The notes under the pieces: model-generated | The model's input: the letters and a program-made list of their open reading frames with translations, nothing else | The model's database searches: none | What the model was told of the DNA's origin: nothing | Made by a program: the position numbers and the translations under genes | Shown here: positions 1-12,575 of the stretch, piece after piece | Layout: every line of letters starts with the position of its first letter | Position numbering within the stretch: the first letter of the stretch is position 1 | NCBI GenBank assembly: GCA_043228905.1 | Contig: JBHGNT010000004.1 | Location: 21,638,001-21,702,000, forward strand | Source of the DNA: Azolla caroliniana | Lineage: Eukaryota; Plantae; Polypodiophyta | Direction: 5' to 3' | DNA: 64,000 nucleotides

Positions 1-5
1 AACAT

Positions 6-133
6 GAACTCGATACGGCGTATCGAGTTCCTGTATAAAAAGCAAAATTAAATTATGAACTCGATACGCCGTATCGAGTTCATGTATAAATATTTGTATT
101 GTATACATGAACTCGATACGGCGTATCGAGTTC
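6..133. repeat. Three perfect palindromes GAACTCGATACG-N-CGTATCGAGTTC spaced 51-52 bp apart (likely transposon subterminal array)
   Basis: Copies at 6-30, 55-83 and 109-133, with 12-14 bp arms around a 1-nt centre (G, C, G) and AT-rich spacers. The array may continue upstream of the window. Confidence 0.85.
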
Positions 134-1061
134 TTGAGAAACGAAACATATTTACAAAAATGTCCATAGTGTCAGAGGCCTACCTGGAGTCCTCGCGCTC
201 GATTCTCTTTGAAGACATGTTTGATCGTGTGGAAGTGGAGGCGGAGATCGCGCTTTCGTGCTTTGTGCTCTGTGTGCTTTGTGTGCTCTGTGTGCTCTCT
301 ACGTTCTGTGTGCTCTGTACGCTCTGGTGAGTGAAATATGACGAGGTCTTCCTATTTATAGGGATTGAACACATTGGTTAAAGTAACCATAGTCACCTTA
401 ACCAAGGTTGGTAACTTTGAGGATAGTTAGTTGGTAACCATAGTCACATTAACTAGAGAAACTTATGATTGTATTAATGATTACAATATCAAACTACCAT
501 ATTGATCAATCTTTTATAGTCATAACAACCTACAATGACTTCAAAGGTTATGAATGAGACAATGATAGAGGTTCATGAATGTACCAATGATTGATTACTA
601 AAACCAACAATTTTTATGACTCTCAAATGTTGTGTATTAAAGATGTGGGCATAAATTAACCAATGATTGATAAGTCTAATATTTAAAATGGTGAGCATTA
701 AAGAACCAATGAGTGAGACGTTCTATATCAAAATGGGTGCCATTAATTAGCCAATGATTTTAACATTAATCCAACATATTCATGGCTTGTTAATGATTAG
801 TTTTATATTTTACTTGATTTAACTTTATATAGATCTAGTTTATATAATAATTGATATTTTAAGTACAATTACTTTATTAAAAATAATTTTTTGATGTATT
901 GTATTAATAGAATATTACATAATATAGACATTCTATTGATTTGGCTTTTGTTTAGAGAGAAGTTTATGTTTAGAGAGGAGTGTATGTTTAGAGAGGAGCT
1001 TATTAGTTTTTTTCTTTCCCCTAAGCACATAACTTAGAGAGCCCTATCTAGACCTTAAGCC

Positions 1062-1222
1062 ATCAGTGAAGATTCACCGTTCTCGATTGAAGAATATTGT
1101 TTGTCATCAGACCCATCGTTTTCTACTGAAGAGTATTGTTTGTCATCAGAGTCACCATATTCGATTGAAGAATATTGTCTGTCGACCGACTCACCATATT
1201 CTATCGAAGAATATTGTCTGAG
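1062..1222 (+). repeat. 39-bp (13-aa) tandem repeat x4 at the transposase N-terminus
   Basis: In-frame units SEDSPFSIEEYCL / SSDPSFSTEEYCL / SSESPYSIEEYCL / STDSPYSIEEYCL. Confidence 0.85.
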
Positions 1223-3842
1223 CTCATCTACAGGGAATGTACATAATGACACATGTGAAGAGTTCTCTATTGAAGAATACGATATTAATAAAGATACCGA
1301 GAATGAAGGAAGTGCCCAGGAAACATTGAATAACATTGGCGATGGTCACAGCAAAGAATTAGACTGTAACAATGTTACACCAACCTCTATGCAGGAAGAG
1401 AAATCTGGGAGCCCTATGCATATTAGAAGAATCCCACGAAGAATTCGTCTAGCTAGATTTAGCTTGGTGACATCAGATAAACAGATTGGATTTGATGTCA
1501 ACAAAATATGTTGTGCCCGTGGTTGTATGTCTATGATTGGAAAATCAAAGTTGCGAGAATTAAGGCGATACTATTTTTCGATGACCGGTGATGAGCAAGA
1601 CACTTACCTCGGGTCACATATGCAACTAGTATCTGACAAATGTATGGGGATCAAAGTATCATTCGAGTATTATATCTTCCATGCGCAACAGATATGTAGA
1701 GTTGCATTCAAAATTGCGTTATGTGTTAGTAACATGCGGCTACATAGAGTACAACAACGTCTACTTAGCGGGGATCAGATGCTCAATTGTAAAGAGGTTC
1801 CAAGTATGAAAGGTGCAATTGGAAGACTAGCTATTGGCTGGATGAAAACTTACTTTCAGTTAAATTGTGAAGTAATGCCCACTACAGGTAGGATGCATCT
1901 TTCTGATAATTATACACGTCGGGAAGTTTATGATGTCTATCGATCTGATATGCTGGGCTCACGTAATAAGTCGATCACATATAGCCAATTCACAAGATTA
2001 TGGAGAGCTCGGTTTTCAAATGTTATTATTCCTCGTAAAGTACGTATGGGGTATTGCTCCATTTGTGCAAATCTTAAAAGTTTGGCTAAAGGTGCAAAGA
2101 CATCAATGGAAAAGGATACGAGTAAGAAGTTACTACAAGAGCATCGTGAGGCACAATCCTTAGAACGAAGGAAGGCGATGCATCATAGAGAGAAGTGTTT
2201 GAAGAGGCCCGAACAATACATGTGCTTAATGATAGATGGCATGGACCAGAAGAAGACATGCTTGCCGCATATGCGGAGGCTCCCCAAAGATGTCAATGAT
2301 GAGTGCCTTGTTCAAATGCACTTGGTGGGATGCTTGGCTTATAATAGGTCTGTTCGACCTCACGTCTTCATTACTTACCCCAATGTTCACAATGACCCTA
2401 ACCTAACAGTTACAGTGATTCACCGAGTTTTGATGTCTTGGGGACAACCTTTCCCCCCTGTTCTATACATTCAATTGGACAATACTGCTAGAGAGAACAA
2501 AAATTCAACTGTATTTGGCTATCTAAGTATGTTGGTCAACCTAGAATTGTTTAGGAAAGTGAAAGTCAATTTCCTTTTGGTTGGCCACACACATGACCAT
2601 ATAGATCAGATGTTTAGCACATTCTCCAGACAGTTGTCTCGGCATGATGCTTTCACTTTACCTAAACTATTTGATGTCATTTGTGATGCTTATACACCAC
2701 GCCCAAAAGTGTTACACTTGAAGGAGGTATATGACTTTAAGAGATATATATTAGATGGGGGTGGTGGGAATGTTAAAGTGCTTGCTCAGTTAAACAATAT
2801 AAGTTTCAATCACATTTTTTTGATAAAGAAAAATGGAATAAGTGGTTCTACACTTTTGTATGCCAAACAATATTCATCTTCTACAACATGGGAACCTGAA
2901 GGTGGTTGCCAGTTATTACTTTGTATGCCGAGTACAATTGTCCATGGAGCTAAGTAAATGCCAATTGAGAAGAAAGGACAGTTGCAGAGCGACTTGGTAT
3001 CAGAACAAAAACGGTCATGGCTCCAAGCCTTAGAAGAAAAAAGAAAGCATATTGAGGCCGCCAAGAAATATGCCGCACAACAAGACACGTCATGGTGGGA
3101 TGTATTTTATAGTGATCAGAAAGAAATTATAGACAATTGTGTATCTGTTGATAATTGGAATTTGGAAACGCCATTCACATGGTCGTTGCAACATGATCGC
3201 GTAAATAGAAGTCTGGAGCAACTAGTAAATGCGATTAATGACAGCTTGGTCCATCCACAACAAAGAGACATTTATGTGGGACCAAGGATGACCAAAGCAG
3301 CCGAAGCTAGATGGCAAGGAAATTTGCAAGAGCTCACCGCGGGGATGTTGATTGCAACGCCGGCTGATGAGAACTCACATGGCCACCAATTTTGGGTTGG
3401 TAAAATTCTAGAAGTGCTAATGCATGAAATAGAAAACACGATCAAGTCTATAAATGTTCATTGGTACAACACTAGAAGTGCAAATGCTTTTACAGGTAAG
3501 TATACATTGGAGATGATTGAATGCCAAACAAGAAGGGGAGGTAGGAAGAGGAAGTGAAACATTCGTAACACCTCGACCCTTGATATCTCTGATGTGGATA
3601 TCATCGTGTACGACTTCACACTTACAAAAGCCGGACGATTAAGGAAGTCAACAATAGATATAATAAAAGAAAAATTACCAGGTCTACAAGGTGGCTCAAG
3701 TCAAAGGCAAACGAGATCTGCTACATATAATCTAGAGTCAAACCATTTGGTTTATGACGAAGATAATGCACTGATTGGTACATCCGAGGATGATGAGGAG
3801 GAATCGGCATTGTATATTAGTTATAGTAGTGATTCTCCGTAA
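1101..3842 (+). mobile_element. DDE/DDD DNA-transposon transposase pseudogene, Sola-like (DUF7869-type), about 910 codons with two in-frame stops
   Basis: Motifs CSICANL...H, LMIDGMDQKKTCLP, YIQLDNTARENKN and FLLVGHTHDHIDQMFS. ORFs 1101-2957, 2958-3557 and 3594-3842 share one frame, separated by TAA (2955-2957) and TGA (3555-3557). The superfamily call is from motif recall. Confidence 0.7.
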
Positions 3843-4194
3843 AGGAGTGATCATGAATGTATATTTGGCTATTAAGTGTAACTACATTCCGCTTGTAACA
3901 AATCGAGTAATATAAAATCATGTGTTTTGAATTCTTATGATTTCTAAAAAATTGTTTCTTATAAAATAACATTGGTTGTGAAGTTTGTGATATAAATTGA
4001 GAATGTATCTTTTTGAAATTCGTCTTTTTTTAGTTACTTCTAAATCACGAAAATAGTGGATTTTTAACCTTTTTCATAGTATGTTTGAACATGTATGATA
4101 CTGGTATCAATGTGTTTTGTAAAATCATTGAAAAACCCCTAAAATTTCCCTTATCCTTCCATTTATGCGCGATCCTTCCACTTGTGAACGCGAA

Positions 4195-5870
4195 CGTGTT
4201 CCAAGTTTCCTCTTGTTCTGGTACAACAATAGCTCTTGGTAATTCGGTAGCTTGGGTAATTTCATTGTCTTGGAGCATCCAGTTTACATTATTTTGGTTT
4301 GCTTCCTCTACCCATTCCTTGGCTGCTTTTTGAACTGCTTCCTGAATCTCCCACTCAGATTGTTTACTTTTGCTTTTAGTGGTTACTTGCTGTATTTCCG
4401 GTATAACCATATTAATCGCCAGTCCTTTTCCTTTAGCAAGACATTGATTAGCATAATGATCAGTTTGACGGCAAATATAGCAAGTAGGAACAAAGGTTCC
4501 ACTTACCACGCCTTGCACAAACTGACCAGTCCCATCATTTTGCATAAATTGTTGACCATCATTCCCATTAGAATTCGGCGATTGTAGAAATTGTCATGAG
4601 GCTTTCGACTTGTAGACTTTTTTATTTTTATACCGGTTTTGCTTAAACTGTCCTCCATTTTGCTGTTGCTGATTCATATTTTGTGCTGCCGAGAATTCTT
4701 GATTTTGTTGAAAATCTTGATTGTGCTGAAAATTATTTTGTTGAAAGGCCTGATTTTGTTGAAAATTATTTTGTTGATTTTTGTGGAAAACTATTCTGTT
4801 GGTACCCATTATTGAACAAATTCTGGTTATTTTGGTACCTGTTTTCCGGAAAAATTTATCTTACCGGAGCCTCATCTTATTGAGCAAGTTATACTCACAT
4901 TGCTCAACCGAATGAAGTTTAGAATGACATATTGTGCAGTGTGTTCGTAGACTACATTCGATCGCCAAATGTCCAGTATTTAAACTAGTACACTGAATTG
5001 CTTGTCGAAATTGTAACTCCTCCATCGTTGGCAGTGTACGATTTAGTGTTGATATATCCATACTTTGTACATTTATCGGCAATCGGCCCATAGCGATTGC
5101 CTTATCAATCACTTGCTCGATATTCTGATTCCGGAAATCGAACACCTTCAATGTTGTTCGTAATGGTTCACGAATTGCTTCAAGGAATACATCCTTCAAT
5201 TCATTGTCCAGAATAGGCCTGGAAATTTGAAGTTGTAAATTTTGAAAATGGATCACGAATTGAGACACCGTTTCATGTTGTTCCTGATACAACGCATAAA
5301 ATTGCGCTATCAAATCCTTTTGAGGTATCTGACGATGAAATAACTGCAGAAATTTGCTGGAAAATTGTTCGAATGTTTCGAGCCCATGGAGACCATTTTG
5401 CGCAAACCAATTAGTGGAATAACCCTCCAATGACAAAACAAACTCAACAATCTTAGACTTATATTCGGCTACCGCCGACAGTATCTAAGCTCCATGGTTA
5501 ATCTCCCATGTTGTCAAGAAATCCCTCACATGCGCTTCTTCATCAGCTCCCTCACGGAACTTAGAATACGGGTAAGGCATATTGTCCTCACTCCAGATAT
5601 CGTAAAATGATACCTCTTCCGGCTGATTTTCGTCCGAAGACTGGCTATCAATTAAATCAAGAAGTACATACCACCTTCTACTTGTTTCTGGCTGTAATTC
5701 CTCAGCCGATTCTGTCTCTAGTGCCTTCGTAACAGAACGCGTACGAGGACGTTTACAATCGACTGGTGTATCCGGATCAAACGAAATCCATTCGTCTTGT
5801 ACTTTGCTATGTGCAAATGTAACCAGACGTGCCAAAATTATACTGTGTTGTTCGGTCGACAATTACTACT
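4195..5870 (-). mobile_element. Degenerate Ty3/gypsy-type gag with zinc knuckles, truncated before pol
   Basis: Retrotransposon-gag-like segments (AHVRDFLTTWE, LEGYSTNWF, LYQEQHETVSQFVIHF), CCHC knuckles CTICHSKLHSVEQC and CYICRQTDHYANQC, and an N/Q-rich linker; broken by stops and frameshifts. Confidence 0.75.
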
Positions 5871-6978
5871 TTGCCGACACAGTATAAGACGAACGTTCGT
5901 ACCGAACGTTCTATCAAGAAGTTGTGGTTAGACGAATAGATATGAATTAGTTGTAAACTTATCGGTGATAACAGACATCAAGATCATGACTTATGTAATA
6001 TAGCTTAGACAGAAGGAAATAGATAGCAATAGCGACTCGTACACAGAGGTTTCCTAACTAAACTTTATATTACTAAATACAACGATAGATTTTTACAATG
6101 CCTTTGGTTCCTTTTATAGGTAACCCGAAGGTCTTTTCTCATCAAGAAATCCTACTACCTATAATTATCAAGAATTACAAAACTTCGTAACTAACTATAT
6201 CCTATTCGGCTATCTGCTGAGTCATCGATCCGAACTGCCGATCCGACTCCGACTCCGAACTTCCTTCCGACTCTGACGCATCCATACTTGTTCGGGTAGC
6301 ACCGGTGGTCCCACTTCATTTCGCGAACACGCGAGGATTTCCTCAACATCTTACTTGGTGAACCTGACGTGAAGAAGCGGTAGGAAGGATCAAGACGAGG
6401 ATTGACCAATACTTGGAGATGGCATCCTCGAGCAATCAAGTGGGAGAGTTTGAAAGAATGATGATAATCTTCGAACAAATGATGAGATCCTGGAACAACG
6501 ATGCGAGCGTGGAGAAGGCCGTCAACCGTGTTGTGGAGGTCGAGGGTCAATTTGATGGAAGGAACATTACGAAGTTCTTGGATGTATACAAAAGGGAGAT
6601 GAATCAAAGGGACGTGTCTGAAGCACATCAAATCTCGAGTTTCAAGCGAGTTTCCACTGACAACGTCCAAAGGCGGGTCATCGAGCTTCAAGAAAGGAAG
6701 ACAACGTGGTCAGAGTTTGAAAGAGCAATATAAGCAGAGCTTGCGATGGAAGATTTTTTGAGGATGACTCGACATGTCTTAATGAAGTGGATAGAAAAGA
6801 AAAATAAGAAGATGAGTGCCTCGAGGGTATACGATGAGTTCGACCAGATGTTTAGTCGTCTCCCTACCACGGACCAAGTGCTGCTTGAGGAGGACAAGAC
6901 TTTGTACTTCCTGAAAGTTGCAGATATGAAGGATAGACGAGAATTGGGGACTCTCCTCGAAGATGATACCCAAGTGAA

Positions 6979-9900
6979 TGTTGGGAATCGACGCTTCGAT
7001 TCACCTTCACCGCTCGGCCACAACCGAGTAATCGCGAATCAATGCAGCAGAAAATAGGAACCAAAGAGAGAAACACACGAATACACAGGGATTAACGTGG
7101 AAAACCCTAGATGGGAAAAACCACGGGAGTACAAGACTCCAAACCAACACTATACAAAGAGGAGAAGTATACAATGGCGAGCTGCAAGGCGACGACCTTG
7201 AGCTCGCTGTCCTCGCCACAGGCGGCGGAAATACACAGAGGCGTCGTCCTCTTCCTCTCTCGCGCTCTATCTCTCTCTCTCTCTCTCTCTCTCACGGCTG
7301 CTCCCTCTTCACTCCTCTTGAGTGGAAAAACAGAAAAATGATCAGCCACTAGAAAACTGTTTGCCCTAAGTCATATTTATACATATATGACTTTGGGGCT
7401 ATTTACAACTATAGCCTCAGGGGCCCATAGCGAACATATTCACGGATATGTCCCTGCATCCGGATCGCTCTCCGGGTACATTCGTCATCCGGCACCGAAG
7501 CCGGGGTCTTCAACATCCGGATCCGAAACCGAAACCGGGCTCGTCGGCATTCATCTCCGACATCCGACCATCCCATCCGAAGGGATCGTAATCCCAACAA
7601 ACTCCCCCTTCACTTCGGCATGGGATGTCTTTCCAATCCGATCCTCTTCCGGCATGCTTCCAGCTTGTCGGGTGTGAGGACCTTGGTCAGCATATCCGAG
7701 CCGTTCTCGTCCGTGTGGATCTTCGTCAGCACGAACTCCTGGTCTTCTATCCTTTCCCGGATCCAGTGATATCTTCGCTGGATGTGCTTCGTCCGGGAGT
7801 GATAGGCCGCGTTCTTCGCAAGGTGGATTGCACTCTGACTGTCGCAGTAGAGTCGGTACTCCTCCTGTCGGATACCGAGCTCTCTAATGAAGTCCTTCAT
7901 CCATATTATTTCCTTGCTGGCTTCAACAGCCGCCATGTACTCCGCCTCCGTGGTTGACAACGCAACCGTCTTCTGCAGCCTCGACTGCCATGAAACAGCT
8001 CCCCCTGCATACGTCATCACATACCCTGATGTGGACCGGCTGGTATCTGCATCAGCCGACATATCCGAATCGGTGAAGCCGTCGAGTTCGGGCTTACCGG
8101 AGCCGAATCGGAGGCACACGTTTGCCGTGCCCTTCAGGTATCGGAGTATCCACTTGGCCGCGTTCCAATGCTCTTTGCCGGGATTGCTCATGTACCGGCT
8201 CACCACGCCGACTGCATATCCTATGTCCGGTCTCGTACACACCATGGCGTACATCAAGCTCCCGACGGCTGAGGCATACGGCACTTTCATCATATCCTCC
8301 TTTTCAGCCTTTGTCTTGGGACTTTGCTTGCTGGACAGCTTGCAGTTTGCCGGGAGGGTCGATCCGACCGGTCTTGCTTCCGACATGTTGAACCGGTGAA
8401 GCACCTTCGTCACGTACTTCTCCTGTGACAGCCACAACTGCTTCTTCTTCCGGTCCCGGATGATGTGCATCCCTAGTATTTGCCTCGCCGGACCCAGGTC
8501 CTTCATTGAGAAGGTTCGGTGAAGAGCCTTCTTCAGCATCCGTATCTTGACCTGGTCCCGTCCGACGATCAACATGTCGTCCACGTACAGGAGGAGTATT
8601 AGAAAGTCTCCTCCTTCGAACTTCTTCACAAACACGCAGTGGTCGGACTGCGTTTTGAGGTACCCTTCGTCGGTCATGAAGGAGTCGAACTTCCGATACC
8701 ATTGCCGGGGAGCCTGCTTCAGTCCGTAAAGGCTCTTCTTCAACCGGCATACCAGGTGCTCCTTCCCTTTCTTCTCGAATCCTTCCGGTTGCTGCATGTA
8801 GATCTCTTCATCGAGGTCACCGTGAAGGAATGCCGTCTTCACGTCCATCTGTTCTACCTCGAGGTCCATGCTTGCCGCTATGCTCAGCACCGTCCGGATG
8901 GAGGTCATCTTCACTACCGGGGCAAATATCTCGTCGAAGTCGACGCCCTTCTTCTGCTGAAACCCCTTCACCACGATCCTGGCTTTGTATCTCGGGGGGT
9001 TTCCGGCATCTCCCGGTTTCAGCTTGAACACCCACTTGTTTCGAAGTGCCCGCTTTCCTTTCGGCAACTCCACAAGTTCATATGTGTGGTTCTCATGCAG
9101 GGAATCCATCTCGTCCTGCATGGCACTCAACCACCTGCGGCTCTGGGTGTCGTGCTTTGCTTCTTCAAAGCTCTCCGGCTCCCCCTCGTCGGTTAGCAGC
9201 ACGTGCTCTGGATCCGGAAATCTCCGGGGGGCCCTCCTCTCTCTTAGAGGATATCTCCGTTCGGGAGCTTCGGTAATCGGTTCTTCCGATTCTTCTTCTT
9301 CATCCGAATCCATTTCGGGATCGGGGCCGGTTCCGGTATCATTTTCATCTTCTTCGGCCGGTTCTGTTTCTTCACCGTCTTCGGCCGGATCCTCGAGTGC
9401 TAACCGGTCCCTTGCCGGTCGGGACTGCTCCTCGTAGAGTTGATCCTCACCGGTTGACTTGGAGCTCTTCATCTTCTTCTCCGACTCCCAGTCGGCGAGT
9501 GTCTTGTTCTCCATGAAGATGATATCACGACTCCAGAATATCTTCTTGTCGACCGGGTCCCATACTCGGTAGCCGAACTCGTCATCGCCGTAACCGAGGA
9601 ATATGCATGGCCGGGTCTTTGGATCTAGCTTTCCTCTCCGGTCCTTTGCCACATGCACGTATGCGAGACACCCGAACACCTTCAGATGCCGGTAGGACAC
9701 TTCCTTACCGGTCCACACTTTCTGCGGCGTGTCTCCGTCCAAAGGTGTTGAGGGTGATCTGTTTATCACGTATGTCGTCGTCGACATTGCCTCAGCCCAA
9801 AACCCCTTGGGTAATTTCGCATGTGCCAGCATACTCCGGACCCTCTCCATTATGGTCCGGTTCATCCTCTCGGCCAGCCCGTTTAGTTCCGGCGTCTTCG

Positions 9901-12337
9901 GCACAGTAAACTCGAGCCGGATTCCCTTCGAGCGACAGTACTCCTGGAACTGCCCCCGGTATTCCCCTCCGTTATCCGCTCGTATCGCTTTCAGCTTCTT
10001 GCCGGATTCCCTTTCCACTCTCGCGTGGAGTTCTCTGAAGACGCACAACACTTGGTCCTTTGTCTTCAACGGTGCCGTCCACAGCTTCCGACTGTAATCA
10101 TCAATGAATGTTACGAAGTACTGGGCTCCGCCATGTGACTTCGTTTCTACCTGACACACATCAGTGTGCACCAACTCCAATGGTGCGCTACGTCTCGTCG
10201 GTGGCCTTGAGTGGAAGGAGGCTCAGTTCTGCTTACCGGCCAGGCAATCGGTGCACTTCTCCAAGTGCACATGCTTCACTGGAATGAGGTTGTCTTCTGC
10301 AAGCCTCTTCATCCCCTTCTCACTCATGTGGCACAGTCTCTTGTGCCACAGCTCACCGGCAGTGTCGGCTGCCACGTTCAGCTCTTCCGGACATAACCGG
10401 GCATTCATCAGGTACAGTGTGTTGACTTTCCGGGCCCGAGCCACTATCAGGCTCCCCTTGCTGAACTTCATTACGCCGTTCCGGATGCTACCTGTGTAGC
10501 CTTCATCGTCTAGCCTCCCGGCCGAAATCAGGTTCAATCGAACCTCCGGAACGTGTCGGACATCCTTCAGCAGCATTTTGCATCCGGTCGGGGTTGTCAA
10601 CCACACGTCTCCGATGCCGGCAATCCGGCACGTACCTTCATTTCCCATCCGAACACAGCCATGCTCACCGGCTGTGTAGGATGAAAAGTATCTTCTTTCC
10701 GGGGTCAGGTGGAACGATGCTCCGGAATCGACCACCCAGGTCGTCTCATCGCCGGCAATGTTTAGTTCACCTTCTTCGGTGATGAGCATGATCTCCTCTT
10801 CACTTGCCGCGAGTGCCGTCGTTCCTTTCCGGTCCTGCCCTCTCCGATCCGGACCTCTCCGGTCCGTGGCTCCCCGGTATGCACCGTTTCTCTCCGGTGA
10901 CTTCTTCGAATCGGTGTCGTCGGCTCCGTTGTCTTTTCAGTAGTGCCGACAGTTCTTTCGGAAGTGCCCCGGCTTCCCACAGTGGAAGCATGTGGGTCTT
11001 CCTCTTGACTGCGACCGGGTCCCCGACTTCTCCCGTCTTTGCGGACTCCGGTTCCATTGTCTTCCCCGATCCGATTCGGTAAGCAGCGCCTTCGAGTCGG
11101 AGGCCGGTTCTTTATCTCTCCGACGCGCTTCTTCGTTCAAAATACTTGTCTTTACCGTTTGTAAGGACAAGTTATCTTCGGTGCAGGAGGTGCTGAGAGT
11201 CACCACCAAGTTCTCCCAGCTTTCCGGCAATGTACACATCAGGATGATGGCTTGCATTGCATCCTCCAACGGGAACTTAATCGCCGCAAGCTGGTTCACG
11301 AATCCCATGAACGTGCTTACGTGTTCAACCATACTCTCGCCGTCCCGGTACTTGAGGTTCACTATCTTCCTCATCAGGGAGGTCCGGTTCAACGCATTCT
11401 TCCTCTCGTAGAGGCCCGACAGCTTCTTCCACATCTCATATGCGTTGGTGTCGTTCGCCACATGTTGTAGGACGCTTACATCGACATATTGTCGGATCGT
11501 CGCTACGGCTTTCCGGTTCAGGAGCTTCCACTCCGACTCAAGTACCCCTTTCGGTATTTCCGACCTGTCAATCGGTTCGTACAGGTCCCGAACAATCAGA
11601 AGATCCTCCATCTTGATCTTCCAGTCGGCGTAATTCTGCGCATTCAGCACCATCATCCCCGGCTGCCCGCTGCCGCCGCCTTCCATTTTCTGCAACAGCT
11701 CGCTCTGATACCAGATTGTTGGGAATCGACGCTTCGATTCACCTTCACCGCTCGGCCACAACCGAGTAATCGCGAATCAATGCAGCAGAAAATAGGAACC
11801 AAAGAGAGAAACACATGAATACACAGGGATTAACGTGGAAAACCCTAGATGGGAAAAACCACGGGAGTACAAGACTCCAAACCAACACTATACAAAGAGG
11901 AGAAGTATACAATGGCGAGCTGCAAGGCGACGACCTTGAGCTCGCTGTCCTCGCCACAGGCGGCGGAAATACACAGAGGCGTCGTCCTCTTCCTCTCTCG
12001 CGCTCTATCTCTCTCTCTCTCTCTCTCTCTCACGGTTGCTCCCTCTTCACTCCTCTTGAGTGGAAAAACAGAAAAATGATCAGCCACTAGAAAACTGTTT
12101 GCCCTAAGTCATATTTATACATATATGACTTTGGGGCTATTTACAACTATAGCCTCAGGGGCCCATAGCGAACATATTCACGGATATGTCCCTGCATCCG
12201 GATCGCTCTCCGGGTACATTCGTCATCCGGCACCGAAGCCGGGGTCTTCAACATCCGGATCCGAAACCGAAACCGGGCTCGTCGGCATTCATCTCCGACA
12301 TCCGACCATCCCATCCGAAGGGATCGTAATCCCAACA
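6979..12337 (-). mobile_element. Full-length Ty1/copia LTR retrotransposon, recent insertion
   Basis: LTRs 6979-7599 and 11717-12337 (621 bp, TGTTGGG...CCCAACA, only 2 mismatches seen). TSD GTGAA at 6974-6978 and 12338-12342. iMet PBS TGGTATCAGAGC next to the 5' LTR; PPT AAGGGGGAG next to the 3' LTR. Confidence 0.98.
7610..11686 (-). pseudogene. Copia gag-pol polyprotein (gag-ZnK-PR-GAGpre-IN-RT-RNaseH) with two premature TGA stops
   Basis: CFHCGKPGHFRKNC, WVVDSGAS, LWHKRLCH, LELVHTDVC/FIDDYSR/DNGGEY, QMDVKTAFLHG, LYVDDML, YCDSQSAI. One frame throughout, with TGA at 10937-10939 and 10223-10225. Confidence 0.95.
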
Positions 12338-12575
12338 GTGAACGGGTTTGTGGCAGACTGCGCTGCAGTGAAGAGAGCGTGCAACAAGACCGATAGGCGT
12401 CATCAATGGCTTGATGATATTGACTTGGTAAGGTCAAATGTAGAAAAAACAAGACCATCTAAAGAAGTCGAGCTGCCTAAACAAAGCAACCTACATGAAA
12501 AGAAGATTGATGATGACTCGAGGACGAAGAACTTAGGCCACTTCAAGGGAGGATGAATGTTTCGGAACACGCATC

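Larger units (their letters stand above)
6419..12556 (+). pseudogene. gag-like ORF of unit 1, split by the copia insertion
   Basis: GQFDGRNITKFLDVY... resembles the gag FxG motif. The frame reads LLEDDTQVN, then the copia insertion, then GFVADCAAVKRAC, matching unit-2 HLEDDDGANDLTENWAEVKRVC. In-frame TAA at 6731-6733. Confidence 0.7.

Noticed and set aside
6-133. CRISPR array (palindromic repeats with ~25-bp spacers)
   Set aside because: Eukaryotic, intron-rich context; no cas genes; a 1-nt loop; repeats alternate orientation; spacers are AT-rich and partly similar to each other.
10223-10939. Programmed stop-codon readthrough in the copia element
   Set aside because: There are two stops, one at a normally conserved Arg; CGA>TGA mutation is the simpler explanation.
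7625-11818. Many overlapping plus-strand and alternate-frame ORFs inside the copia element
   Set aside because: Shadow ORFs of a GC-rich coding strand with no recognisable motifs.
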